From: Anaerolineaceae bacterium UBA3924
GTDB lineage: Bacteria; Chloroflexota; Anaerolineae; Anaerolineales; Anaerolineaceae
DNA length: 64,000 nucleotides
Assembly: GCA_002385985.1 (NCBI GenBank)
Contig: DGEO01000037.1
Coordinates: 31,257 to 95,256 of the forward strand
Reading direction: 5' to 3'
Shown here: piece by piece, positions 16,189 to 24,568 of the stretch
Layout: every line of letters starts with the position of its first letter
Numbering within the stretch: position 1 is the first letter of the stretch
Notes under the pieces: generated by a model
Told to the model about the DNA's origin: nothing
What the model saw: only the letters and a program-made list of their open reading frames with translations
The model's database searches: none
Made by a program: the position numbers and the translations under genes

Positions 16189-16696
16189 TAACTTCCTCGT
16201 CAATGGCAGCGATCTGCCGGTTCTCAATTACTGATAAATATTTTCGCAGCAGTTCCAGCGCAGCGGACCGCTCTGAAGGCGATATTTCCACCATCAACTG
16301 CCGGAACCAGCCGCGTTTGAAAGCCCGGATCTCTTCCACCAGCTGCTCGCCCTTCGGGGTGATCTTCACCCGCAGCGCCCGCCGGTCAGACGGGTCGAGT
16401 TCGCGGCTCGCCAGGCCGGCCTCCACCAGCCGGTCGACGATCCCGCTCATGGTGGGCATCACCTGGTGCAGGGCCGCTGCCATATGGCTCATGCTGCAGC
16501 CATCCGGGTGATCCAACAGGCAGCGCAGGGCGATAAACTGGGGAACCGTGATGCGGAACCTGGCCAGCTCCTGCTCAAACCGCCGCCGGGTAAACCAGCT
16601 CAGGCGCATGTACAGCTCTTCGAACTGGTGTACATCTTGCTCCAGCCGGGGATCCAGCTCGTTGATCAATGATTCTCCTTCCACCGCATACTTCAC
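16181..16696 (-). CDS. MarR family transcriptional regulator
   Basis: 171 aa with a winged-HTH core (ITVPQFIALRCL...SGIVDRLVEAGLASR..DPSDRRALRVKITPKG). GTG start. Co-transcribed with the MFS gene. Confidence 0.85.
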   Translation of the reverse strand: MKYAVEGESLINELDPRLEQDVHQFEELYMRLSWFTRRRFEQELARFRITVPQFIALRCLLDHPDGCSMSHMAAALHQVMPTMSGIVDRLVEAGLASRELDPSDRRALRVKITPKGEQLVEEIRAFKRGWFRQLMVEISPSERSAALELLRKYLSVIENRQIAAIDEEVNV

Positions 16697-16703
16697 AACG
16701 GTA

Positions 16704-16724
16704 ATAATTAGCGGCGCTAATTAT
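16704..16724. promoter_or_regulatory. perfect 21-bp palindrome (probable MarR operator)
   Basis: ATAATTAGCG-G-CGCTAATTAT has 10+1+10 perfect dyad symmetry. It overlaps the -10 box and predicted TSS of the marR promoter. Confidence 0.55.
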
Positions 16725-16748
16725 ATGCCCGCCGGGGTGGATCGTCAA
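16720..16748 (-). promoter_or_regulatory. sigma70 promoter of marR-MFS operon
   Basis: On the minus strand: TTGACG (16748-16743), 17-nt spacer, TATAAT (16725-16720). Confidence 0.6.
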
Positions 16749-16814
16749 GCTGATGAACCCGGGGAAAGACACCTCGATACGCAGGACCCGGCGACCCCGC
16801 CAGAGGATGGTTTT

Positions 16815-17690
16815 CTAAACCGGCAGGCGGATTTCAATCTGGCTGTTCAAGATGCGGGCCTGGTAATTGGGTTGGGCATAAGTGCTCGGCCCGTGGACCA
16901 CGCTGCCGTCGCGCACATCATAGACCGAATGGTGCCAGGGGCACTCGACGCAGTAACCGTCAAAGCTGCCTTCCTCCAGCGGCCCGCCTTCGTGTGAGCA
17001 CACCGCACCGATCGCGTACACAGTCCCGCCGTAGCGGTACAGCAGCACCGGATGGCCGTCCACCTCCCGCCGGATCGCCTGTCCCTCCGCCAGATCATAT
17101 TCGCTCATCACCGGCGTCCAGTCCTGCGGCCTGTCCGGAGTCTGGTTTTTGTTCACCCCGACCCGGTAACGGTAGCTCAGCTCCCCGCCCAGCCAGGCTG
17201 TAAAGGTCAGCATCCCGGCAACCAGCGAGGACAGCATCACTGCGTTGTTCCGGTTTCCCTTGCGCCGCTGCGTCAGGGATACAACGTTCAGGATCAGGCT
17301 CAGCGTGTTCAGCAGCCCGTGAATCATACCAGTCTTCACTGCCCGCTGAGAGATGGTGGAATAATCCGTGAAACCGGCGATCGCCGTCGGGACGGCCGCC
17401 GCCACACCGAGCGTGATCAGCTGGTCTGCCGCCTGCTCAAAGCGGCTTTCCCTGCGGTTGAGGTTGAATAAATCGATCAGCGCGCCCAGTGTCCAGGTTG
17501 AAACCACCAGGTCAGTCAGCAGCGGGTGAAGGGGATGACCCAGCCAGACGCCGTGAAAAAAGTCCGCGATAGCCCGTACCGTCGTTCCCCCTGACAGCAC
17601 TGCGCCGTGAATCCCCCGGGAAACGGTGTAAGCCGTGTTCTCCAGCCCGGGCACGGTTTCGAGAACCTCTTCGGTCAATACCTTATCCAT
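16815..17690 (-). CDS. membrane-anchored Rieske [2Fe-2S] protein (DUF2231-like N-terminus + Rieske domain)
   Basis: Rieske ligands CSHEGGPL...CPWHHSVY. The N-terminal half has about 4 TM helices. Trimmed to ATG 17690, preceded by GGAAGGAG. The longer track start lies inside the predicted promoter. Confidence 0.75.
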   Translation of the reverse strand: MDKVLTEEVLETVPGLENTAYTVSRGIHGAVLSGGTTVRAIADFFHGVWLGHPLHPLLTDLVVSTWTLGALIDLFNLNRRESRFEQAADQLITLGVAAAVPTAIAGFTDYSTISQRAVKTGMIHGLLNTLSLILNVVSLTQRRKGNRNNAVMLSSLVAGMLTFTAWLGGELSYRYRVGVNKNQTPDRPQDWTPVMSEYDLAEGQAIRREVDGHPVLLYRYGGTVYAIGAVCSHEGGPLEEGSFDGYCVECPWHHSVYDVRDGSVVHGPSTYAQPNYQARILNSQIEIRLPV

Positions 17691-17769
17691 ATTCGCACGC
17701 TCCTTCCCTCGGCCAGCAGATGAAAAAGGAGACGGACATTGGGGATTTGCCGCCTGTACGCCTGCCTTC

Positions 17770-17798
17770 ACTATGCGCCGGGAAAGAGCGGAGTTCAA
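17770..17798 (-). promoter_or_regulatory. sigma70-like promoter for the Rieske gene
   Basis: On the minus strand: TTGAAC (17798-17793), 17-nt spacer, CATAGT (17775-17770). Confidence 0.45.
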
Positions 17799-17865
17799 TG
17801 GGGAACATCCGTATCCCCGGGAGGATTTTCCCTAAAGCCCGATGGCTGCCGGGTAGAAGCGCGGG

Positions 17866-17900
17866 CAAATAAAAAATCCCCGCTCACTGCAGGGATTCCC
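17866..17900 (-). terminator. probable intrinsic terminator downstream of the tRNA
   Basis: Minus strand reads GGGAAUCCCUGCAGUGAGCGGGGAUUUUUUAUUU. The stem AAUCCC/GGGAUU is imperfect, with an inner GC/GC pair, and is followed by a U-tract. Confidence 0.45.
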
Positions 17901-17902
17901 AG

Positions 17903-17974
17903 TGGCGAGGGTGAGGGTCGAACTCACGACCAAGGGCTTATGAGTCCCCTGCTCTACCACTGAGCTACCTCGCC
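17903..17974 (-). tRNA. tRNA with anticodon CAT (elongator tRNA-Met; lysidine-type tRNA-Ile2 not excluded)
   Basis: Folded by hand: acceptor GGCGAGG/CCTCGCC, D-arm GCTC-AGTGGTA-GAGC, anticodon loop CT-CAT-AA, variable TGGTC, T-arm GTGAG-TTCGACC-CTCAC, discriminator A. No encoded CCA. A G1:C72 pair argues against an initiator. The anticodon stem has an A31/G39 mismatch. Confidence 0.85.
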
Positions 17975-18015
17975 AACGGACGCTAGTTTACCACCGGTCC
18001 CCCGGTTTGTCAATC

Positions 18016-18729
18016 TTAATTTACATATCCCAGGCCCTTTTCTTTCATCGAAACGTAACGGCCCTGCCCGATGATCAGGTGGTCCAGCACGTTGATGTCC
18101 AGCAGCTTGCCGGCCTGCACGATGGCCCGGGTCAGAGCGATGTCTTCCGGGCTGGCCGACGGGTCTCCGCTGGGGTGATTGTGCACCACCAGGATGCTGG
18201 CCGAGCTTGTCTGGATGGCCTTCTTGAACAGCTCCCCCACCCGCACGGTGGAAGCGTTCAGCGAGCCTTTGTAAATGCGCTCAATATCCTGCACCCGGTT
18301 GCGGATGTCCAGCAGCATCACCCACAGTTCCTCATGGTCCAGCGCGCTCATCTCGTACTGCACCAGCGCCGCCGCGGTGGCAGGGTTGCTGATCACCGGC
18401 TTATCCTCCGGCACCTCCAGCCGCAGCCGGTTGCCCAGCTCGATGGCCGCCTTGATCTGCGCCGCCTTGGCCGGGCCGATGCCCTTCTCGCTGCACACTT
18501 CCTGGAAAGACGCCCGGTGAAGCCCGTGCAGTCCCTTGAAGCGTGCCAGCAGCCGCTGGCCGACCTGCACGGCATTCTCGCCCTGTACGCCCACGCGCAG
18601 CAGGATGGCCAGCAGCTCGGCAGTTGTCAGCGCACCCGGACCGAGCCGTTCCAGCCGTTCGCGCGGCCGTTCGTCACGGTCCAGGTCAGTGATGCGGTAT
18701 GCGGCAACCGTTTCGCGGCTTTTTCTCAT
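18016..18729 (-). CDS. radC: RadC-family JAB/MPN domain protein (UPF0758)
   Basis: HhH N-terminus (PRERLERLGPGALTTAELLAILLRVG) and JAMM motif HNHPSGDPSASPEDIALT. Trimmed to ATG 18729, preceded by GGAGG. Confidence 0.85.
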   Translation of the reverse strand: MRKSRETVAAYRITDLDRDERPRERLERLGPGALTTAELLAILLRVGVQGENAVQVGQRLLARFKGLHGLHRASFQEVCSEKGIGPAKAAQIKAAIELGNRLRLEVPEDKPVISNPATAAALVQYEMSALDHEELWVMLLDIRNRVQDIERIYKGSLNASTVRVGELFKKAIQTSSASILVVHNHPSGDPSASPEDIALTRAIVQAGKLLDINVLDHLIIGQGRYVSMKEKGLGYVN

Positions 18730-18868
18730 CCATGCCCTCCTCGAGGATGGGATTATTTGCATCATGGGAATAAGAAAACTATACTATAGGGAATACTCCT
18801 GATCAAGCCTGAAGCTGGCCCGGTTCTTCGCATACGATCATCCATGCTATAATTCCGCTGGAGCCCCC

Positions 18869-19363
18869 ATGTCGAATATTCTGTCCGAAATGAACAGTTA
18901 TGTGCTCATCGCAGCTGCGCTGGGCGTGGCCTTCACTGCCGTGCTGTGGATCAGCCTGGTAGTCTGGACCTACCGGGATGCTCGCTCGCGCACGCGGGAT
19001 CCGCTGGCCCGAATTCTGGCCGTCCTGGTGGTCACCGCGCTCTTCCTTCCCGGTCTGCTGATTTACTTGCTGCTTCGCCCGGCGCGTACCCTGGAAGAAG
19101 AGTACCAGCGTACCCTGGAAGAAGAAACCCTGCTGCAGGTAGTGGAAGACGCTGCGCTGTGCCCCGGCTGCAGCCGCCGTGTCCAGCCGGACTGGCTGGT
19201 CTGCCCGGGTTGTCATACCCTGCTGAAGAAGACCTGCGCCAAATGCGGGCGGCTGCTGGAGCTTCCCTGGGACATCTGTCCCTACTGCGCCACACCTGTG
19301 CACGGCGGTGAGAAAGAAAACCTCAGCCTGGATGAAGTGCTCCAGTCCCTCCCAGGTGAATAG
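18869..19363 (+). CDS. membrane protein with PLD-nuclease-N-like TM region and double zinc ribbon
   Basis: 164 aa with two TM helices, then CPGC...CPGC...CAKC...CPYC. TATAAT (18848-18853) and GGAG lie upstream. Confidence 0.6.
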   Translation: MSNILSEMNSYVLIAAALGVAFTAVLWISLVVWTYRDARSRTRDPLARILAVLVVTALFLPGLLIYLLLRPARTLEEEYQRTLEEETLLQVVEDAALCPGCSRRVQPDWLVCPGCHTLLKKTCAKCGRLLELPWDICPYCATPVHGGEKENLSLDEVLQSLPGE

Positions 19364-19417
19364 CCGGCCCCAACAGCGCATCCCCGAAATCCGTCTCCCA
19401 TCAGTTATAATTTCAAC

Positions 19418-20275
19418 ATGTTGGATGTGGTGAAGATCGAACCAATCGACTACTTAATCATTGGTCACATTACCCGTGACCTGCTGCCGTCGGGCGCCGG
19501 CTCCACGCTGGGCGGGACGGCAACCTATTCCGCGCTGACGGCTCAGGCCGCGGGGATGCGCGTGGGCGTGGTCACCTCGCACGCGGAGGTCAGCGAGCCG
19601 TACGAGCTGCGCAGCGTTCAGGTCATCACCGCCACATCTGAGAAGACCACCACGTTCGAGAACATCCAGACCCCCACCGGGCGCGTGCAGCGGCTGCATT
19701 ACCGCGCCCGCGACCTGGACATTTCCATGGTGCCTGAAACCTGGCGAACGGCCCCCATCGTGCACCTCGGCCCGGTAGCCCAGGAAGTGGACCCCAAGCT
19801 GGTTCGCGCCTTTCCGAACGCCCTGATCGGCCTCACCCTGCAGGGCTGGCTGCGGGAATGGAACCAGCAAGGCGAGGTGCGCTTTACCGAATGGCCCGAA
19901 GCCAGCTTCGTTCTGCAGCAGGCCTCCGCGGCGGTGCTCAGCATCGAGGACGTGGCCGGGGACGAGCGGATTATCGATGAGCTGGCGACCTCCATCCGCA
20001 TCCTGGTCGTCACCGAAGGCGCGAAGGGCGCCCGCCTCTACTGGAACGGGGATGTGCGCAAGTTCCGCGCCCCGACCGTGAAGGAAGTCGACCCGACCGG
20101 CGCGGGGGATGTGTTCGCGGCAGCCTTCTTCATCCGCCTGTACCAGACCCGTGACCCCTGGGAGGCGGCCCGGTTCGCCACGCAACTTGCCAGCATCTCC
20201 GTCACCCGCCCCGGGATCTCCGGCATTCCAACTCCCTCCGAAGTGAAAGCAAACCTGATCGAAGTACTCCCATAA
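19418..20275 (+). CDS. PfkB-family carbohydrate/nucleoside kinase
   Basis: 285 aa. C-terminal PfkB signature DPTGAGDVFAAAF. Confidence 0.8.
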   Translation: MLDVVKIEPIDYLIIGHITRDLLPSGAGSTLGGTATYSALTAQAAGMRVGVVTSHAEVSEPYELRSVQVITATSEKTTTFENIQTPTGRVQRLHYRARDLDISMVPETWRTAPIVHLGPVAQEVDPKLVRAFPNALIGLTLQGWLREWNQQGEVRFTEWPEASFVLQQASAAVLSIEDVAGDERIIDELATSIRILVVTEGAKGARLYWNGDVRKFRAPTVKEVDPTGAGDVFAAAFFIRLYQTRDPWEAARFATQLASISVTRPGISGIPTPSEVKANLIEVLP

Positions 20276-21075
20276 TGGATCCTACAGCCAACATTTACGC
20301 GCTCGTTAACCAGAAAGGCGGGGTGGGGAAGACGACCAGTGCCATTAATCTGGCAGCTTATCTGGGTTATTACGGTCAGCGGGTGCTGCTGGTCGACCTG
20401 GACCCCCAGGCAAACGCCACCTCCTCGCTGGGTGTGGATAAGCGCACCGTCCGCGCCGGAACTTACGAAGTTCTGATGGGCCAGACCCCCATCGGCCCGG
20501 CGATATTGCACAACCCTCGGTTGAAAATATCACTGCTGCCCTCTTCCCCGGCGCTGGCCGGAGCGGAGGTCGAGTTGATCCAGGTCCCCAACCGTGAGCG
20601 GCAGCTGCGCGGCGTGCTCACAGCGGTGGAAAACCGCTACGATTACATCCTGATCGACTGCCCGCCATCGCTCAGCCTGCTGACCATTAACGGGCTGGTG
20701 GCCGCCCGCACCGGCCTGATCATTCCGGTCCAGTGCGAATACCTGGCGCTGGAAGGCCTGGGGCAGCTGACGCAGACCATCGAGCGCGTGCGCTCATCCA
20801 TGTTCAACGAACTCACGGTCCGCGGCGTGGTGTTGACAATGTTCGACGGCCGCACCCGCCTGGCGGTGGACGTGGTCAACGAGGTGCGCCGCTTCTTCCC
20901 GGACCACGTATTTGACGCAGTGATCCCCCGCTCCATCCGGGTGGCTGAAGCCCCGTCCTACGGCCTGCCCATTTCGCTGTACGCGCCGGAATCACCGGCG
21001 GCGAAAGCTTATGCCCAGCTGGCACGAGAATTGCTACAAAAGGACGGGGTACTCATACCAGAAATAGAAGAGTAG
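20275..21075 (+). CDS. parA: chromosome partitioning ATPase ParA/Soj
   Basis: Deviant Walker A NQKGGVGKTT, then LLVDLDPQANAT. The start overlaps the pfkB stop. Confidence 0.9.
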   Translation: MDPTANIYALVNQKGGVGKTTSAINLAAYLGYYGQRVLLVDLDPQANATSSLGVDKRTVRAGTYEVLMGQTPIGPAILHNPRLKISLLPSSPALAGAEVELIQVPNRERQLRGVLTAVENRYDYILIDCPPSLSLLTINGLVAARTGLIIPVQCEYLALEGLGQLTQTIERVRSSMFNELTVRGVVLTMFDGRTRLAVDVVNEVRRFFPDHVFDAVIPRSIRVAEAPSYGLPISLYAPESPAAKAYAQLARELLQKDGVLIPEIEE

Positions 21076-21079
21076 GTCT

Positions 21080-21937
21080 ATGGCACGCAAAAGTGGATTG
21101 GGTAAAGGGCTGGAAGCGCTCATACCGGGCGACTCCTTAACTGCTGGCCAGGATTCTGTCCTGCAGGTTCCCGTCGAACGGATTGTCCCCAATCCACAGC
21201 AGCCCCGGCTGGAAATGAACGAGGACGACCTGCAGGAGCTGGCCGCCTCCATCCAGGAGCACGGCATCCTGCAGCCGCTGGTAGTCTCGCGCACGGATGC
21301 GGCCGGTGAGTACACCCTGATCGCAGGCGAGCGGCGGCTGCGCGCGGCCAGGTTGGCCGGCCTGCGAACCGTGCCGGTCATCGTTCGCACCGCGTCCGAG
21401 CAGCAGCGCCTGGAGCTGGCCCTGATCGAAAACGTGCAGCGCGCCGACCTGTCGCCGCTGGAGACGGCCGCGGCCTACAACATGCTGGCCGAAGATTTCG
21501 GCCTGTCGCACGAAGATATTGCGCGCCGGGTGGGCAAGAGCCGGGTGGCCGTCACCAACGCGCTGCGGCTGCTCAAGCTGGCGCCCAAAGCCCGCCAGGC
21601 ATTGGAAAAAGGGCTGATCAGCGAAGGTCACGCCCGCGCGCTGCTGGGCCTGAACCTGCCCGCCGCGCAGGAGAGCGCGCTGGCGACGGTGATCAAGAAC
21701 GAACTGAACGTGCGCCAGACGGAAGAACTGGTGCGCAAGCTCAACGGCCAGCGCCCCGAGCGTAAGCCTGCCCCTGCCCCCGCCCCCGAGGTCACCGACC
21801 TGGAAGAGCGTCTTCAGCAGCGCCTGGGAACCCGGGTCAACCTGAAACCCTCAAAGAAAGGCGGGCGGGTGATTATCCATTACTACTCAGACGAAGATCT
21901 GGAATCACTGCTCAACCATTTACTGAGAGAAGAATAA
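21080..21937 (+). CDS. parB: chromosome partitioning protein ParB/Spo0J
   Basis: ParB box IVPNPQQPR, the GERRLRAA arginine patch and an HTH (SHEDIARRVGKSRVAVTNALRLL). Confidence 0.9.
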   Translation: MARKSGLGKGLEALIPGDSLTAGQDSVLQVPVERIVPNPQQPRLEMNEDDLQELAASIQEHGILQPLVVSRTDAAGEYTLIAGERRLRAARLAGLRTVPVIVRTASEQQRLELALIENVQRADLSPLETAAAYNMLAEDFGLSHEDIARRVGKSRVAVTNALRLLKLAPKARQALEKGLISEGHARALLGLNLPAAQESALATVIKNELNVRQTEELVRKLNGQRPERKPAPAPAPEVTDLEERLQQRLGTRVNLKPSKKGGRVIIHYYSDEDLESLLNHLLREE

Positions 21938-23523
21938 TGCGCATCCTTCATCATGCGAGGATCTACACCCCGGAACCCGCTGGTCCGGCGGTCACCGCCC
22001 TGGCGATCGACCGAGGGCTTATTATCGCCATGGGTTCTGATGATGAGGTGCTGGCGCTGCGCCAGCACGGCGCCGAGGTGGAGGATCTTGGCGGACGGAC
22101 GGTGTGGCCCGGCCTGATTGATGCACACCTGCACCTTCAGCATTACGCTGCCAGCCTGCAGCTGGTTGACTGTGAGACCGCCACAAAGGAAGAATGCCTG
22201 CGCCGGGTCGCGGAGCGCGCCCGCTCGGCAAAGCCCGGCGATTGGATTCTCGGTCACGGCTGGAACCAGAACCTCTGGCCGGAAGGGTTCGGGGATGCGG
22301 ACGAGCTTGAAGCCGCCGCGCCCGGACACCCGGTGTACCTAACAGCCAAATCGCTTCACGCCGCCTGGGCCAATCGCACCGCAATGCAGCTGGCCGGCAT
22401 CACCGCCGCCACCCCGGACCCGGAGGACGGGTCGCTTCTGCGTGATGCCAGCGGCCGCCCCACCGGCATCCTGCTGGAAGAAGCCATGCAGCTGGTCGCC
22501 GGACACCTGCCGGCTGCCAGCGCGGACGAGATCTCCCGGCAAATTGAGCAGGCGCAGGCCAACCTGTGGCAGGTCGGCCTGACCGGCGTCCACGACCTGG
22601 ACCGCCGGGACTGCTTCATCGCCCTGCAGCAGCTGGACCGGGAAGGCAAGCTGCGCCTGCGCGTGGTCAAGGGCATCCCGGCGGAGGATCTGGAGCACGC
22701 TGCGGCACTGGGCCTGCGCAGCGGTTTCGGCAGCGACTTCCTGCACATCGGACCGGTCAAATTCTTCGCCGACGGCGCGCTGGGGCCGCAGACGGCGGCC
22801 ATGTTCCAGCCTTACAATGGCAGTCCGGACAACACCGGGGTGCTGATGCTGGACTCAGAGCATCTTTTCGAAGCCGGCCAGACCGCCGTGCGCGGCGGGC
22901 TGAGCCTGGCGGTGCACGCCATCGGTGACCGGGCCGTGCACGAGGTTATTGAAGCCTACGCGCAGCTTCGGGCCTTCGAGCAGTCCGAGGGGCTGCCGGC
23001 CCTGCGCCACCGCATCGAGCACGTCCAGGTGCTGCACCCACAGGACGTCTCGCGCCTGGCACAGCTGGACGTGATTGCCTCCATGCAGCCCATCCATGCC
23101 ACCTCGGACATGTTCACCGCCGACCGGTACTGGGGCGAGCGCTCCGCGCTGGCCTACGCCTTCCGCACCCTGCTGGACCAGGGAACACGCCTGGCTTTCG
23201 GGTCTGATGCCCCCGTCGAACCGCCCAACCCCTTCCTGGGCATGCACGCCGCAGTCCACCGCCGGCTGCCGTCCGGTGAGCCAGGTGAAGACGGCTGGCG
23301 GCCTGAGCAGCGCATCCGCCTGGCAGAAGCGCTGGCCGCCTACACCACCGGCGCGGCCTACGCCGGCGGATTGGAAGACCGTCTGGGACGGCTGGTGCCC
23401 GGGTACAAAGCTGACCTGATCGTCCTGCCTGAAGATCCCTTCCAGCTGCCCCCGGATAGACTCTATGACCTGCGGCCGGAGGCCACCATGGTCGCCGGCG
23501 AGTGGGTCTGGAGGAGCAGGTAG
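21937..23523 (+). CDS. amidohydrolase family protein (YtcJ-like, Amidohydro_3)
   Basis: 528 aa. N-terminal metal motif GLIDAHLHL, plus HAIGDRA and EHVQ. Confidence 0.8.
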   Translation: MRILHHARIYTPEPAGPAVTALAIDRGLIIAMGSDDEVLALRQHGAEVEDLGGRTVWPGLIDAHLHLQHYAASLQLVDCETATKEECLRRVAERARSAKPGDWILGHGWNQNLWPEGFGDADELEAAAPGHPVYLTAKSLHAAWANRTAMQLAGITAATPDPEDGSLLRDASGRPTGILLEEAMQLVAGHLPAASADEISRQIEQAQANLWQVGLTGVHDLDRRDCFIALQQLDREGKLRLRVVKGIPAEDLEHAAALGLRSGFGSDFLHIGPVKFFADGALGPQTAAMFQPYNGSPDNTGVLMLDSEHLFEAGQTAVRGGLSLAVHAIGDRAVHEVIEAYAQLRAFEQSEGLPALRHRIEHVQVLHPQDVSRLAQLDVIASMQPIHATSDMFTADRYWGERSALAYAFRTLLDQGTRLAFGSDAPVEPPNPFLGMHAAVHRRLPSGEPGEDGWRPEQRIRLAEALAAYTTGAAYAGGLEDRLGRLVPGYKADLIVLPEDPFQLPPDRLYDLRPEATMVAGEWVWRSR

Positions 23524-23531
23524 AGCCTCGT

Positions 23532-24554
23532 ATGCCGACGAAACCCCTGACTCCCGAAGTTCTTGTCCCCCGGCTGGGTGAATATCTGGTTGAGCGTAAT
23601 CTGATCACCCGGGAAGCGCTCGAGCTGGCATTGAACCGTCAGGAGGAGCTGCGCCGGCAGGTGGATGATCCCCCGCTGCTGGGCCAGATCCTGGTCGAGA
23701 TGGGTTCCATCGACCGGGTGACGCTGGATGAAGCTATTACCGAGCAGATCATCCAGCTGCGCGCCGCGCTGGAGGAAACCAACCGCCAGCTGGAGCGGCG
23801 CGTCCAGGAACGCACCGCCGAGCTGCAGCAGGCTTACAACAGGCTCGCCGAGCTGGACCAGCTGAAGTCCAACTTCGTTGCCAACATTTCCCACGAGCTG
23901 CGCACCCCGCTGACACACGTCCGCGGTTACCTGGACCTGCTCAAAGGCGGCGACCTCGGTCCCGTGTCGCCGGACCAGCATAGCGCGCTCAACACCATGG
24001 ACAAGGCCGTCCGGCGGCTGGCGCGCCTGATCGAAGACCTGATCCTGTTTTCCACCGCCGAACACCAGCAGATCACCCTGCGCCAGTCCACCTTCAACCT
24101 GTCCCAGATGGCCCAGGCCTGCTACGCCCGCTACCAGCCGGTCGCCGCGGAGCGGCGCGTGGACCTGCAGCTGTTGAACAGCGAGCCGGACCAGATCGTC
24201 CTAGGTGACAGCGAAAAGATCGCCTGGGTCATCCAGCAGCTGCTGGAGAACGCAATCAAGTTCACCCCCGCCGGCGGGACTGTGCAGCTCTCCGTGGAGC
24301 CGGTGAACCGGAAAGTGCGCTGCTCCGTCCGCGATTCGGGGATTGGCATCCCCGAGGACCAGTTCGAAGCCATTTTCACCCCTTTCCACCAGCTGGACAG
24401 CTCTTCCACCCGCCGCTATGGCGGCACCGGCCTGGGCCTTTCGCTGGTCAAGAAGATCGTCGAAGCCCACGGCTCCGTCGTCGAAGTGCAGTCCACCATT
24501 GGTAAAGGCAGCCAGTTTTCCTTCAGCCTGCAGTCCGTTCGTGACACCTCTTGA
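23532..24554 (+). CDS. cytoplasmic sensor histidine kinase with MshEN/T2SSE_N-like N-terminal domain
   Basis: HisKA H-box FVANISHELRTPL and HATPase N/G boxes (LLENAIKF, DSGIGIP, GGTGLGLS). N-terminus RLGEYLVERNLITREALELALNRQ...LLGQILVEMGSIDRVTLDEAITEQ. No TM segment. Start could be ATG 23532 or GTG 23502. Confidence 0.8.
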   Translation: MPTKPLTPEVLVPRLGEYLVERNLITREALELALNRQEELRRQVDDPPLLGQILVEMGSIDRVTLDEAITEQIIQLRAALEETNRQLERRVQERTAELQQAYNRLAELDQLKSNFVANISHELRTPLTHVRGYLDLLKGGDLGPVSPDQHSALNTMDKAVRRLARLIEDLILFSTAEHQQITLRQSTFNLSQMAQACYARYQPVAAERRVDLQLLNSEPDQIVLGDSEKIAWVIQQLLENAIKFTPAGGTVQLSVEPVNRKVRCSVRDSGIGIPEDQFEAIFTPFHQLDSSSTRRYGGTGLGLSLVKKIVEAHGSVVEVQSTIGKGSQFSFSLQSVRDTS

Positions 24555-24568
24555 AAGCGAATTAGCGA

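Noticed and set aside
17903-17974. Initiator tRNA-fMet interpretation of the CAT-anticodon tRNA
   Set aside because: The acceptor stem starts with a paired G1:C72, whereas bacterial initiators have a 1:72 mismatch. The GGG/CCC run in the anticodon stem is shifted by one position relative to the initiator pattern.
11100-21937. Possible replication origin, suggested by parAB plus DnaA-box-like TTATCCAC motifs at 11133-11167
   Set aside because: There are only two box-like sequences (8/9 and 7/9 matches), and they sit inside a gene's 5' UTR about 9 kb from parA. I saw no cluster of boxes, no AT-rich unwinding element, and no dnaA or dnaN nearby.
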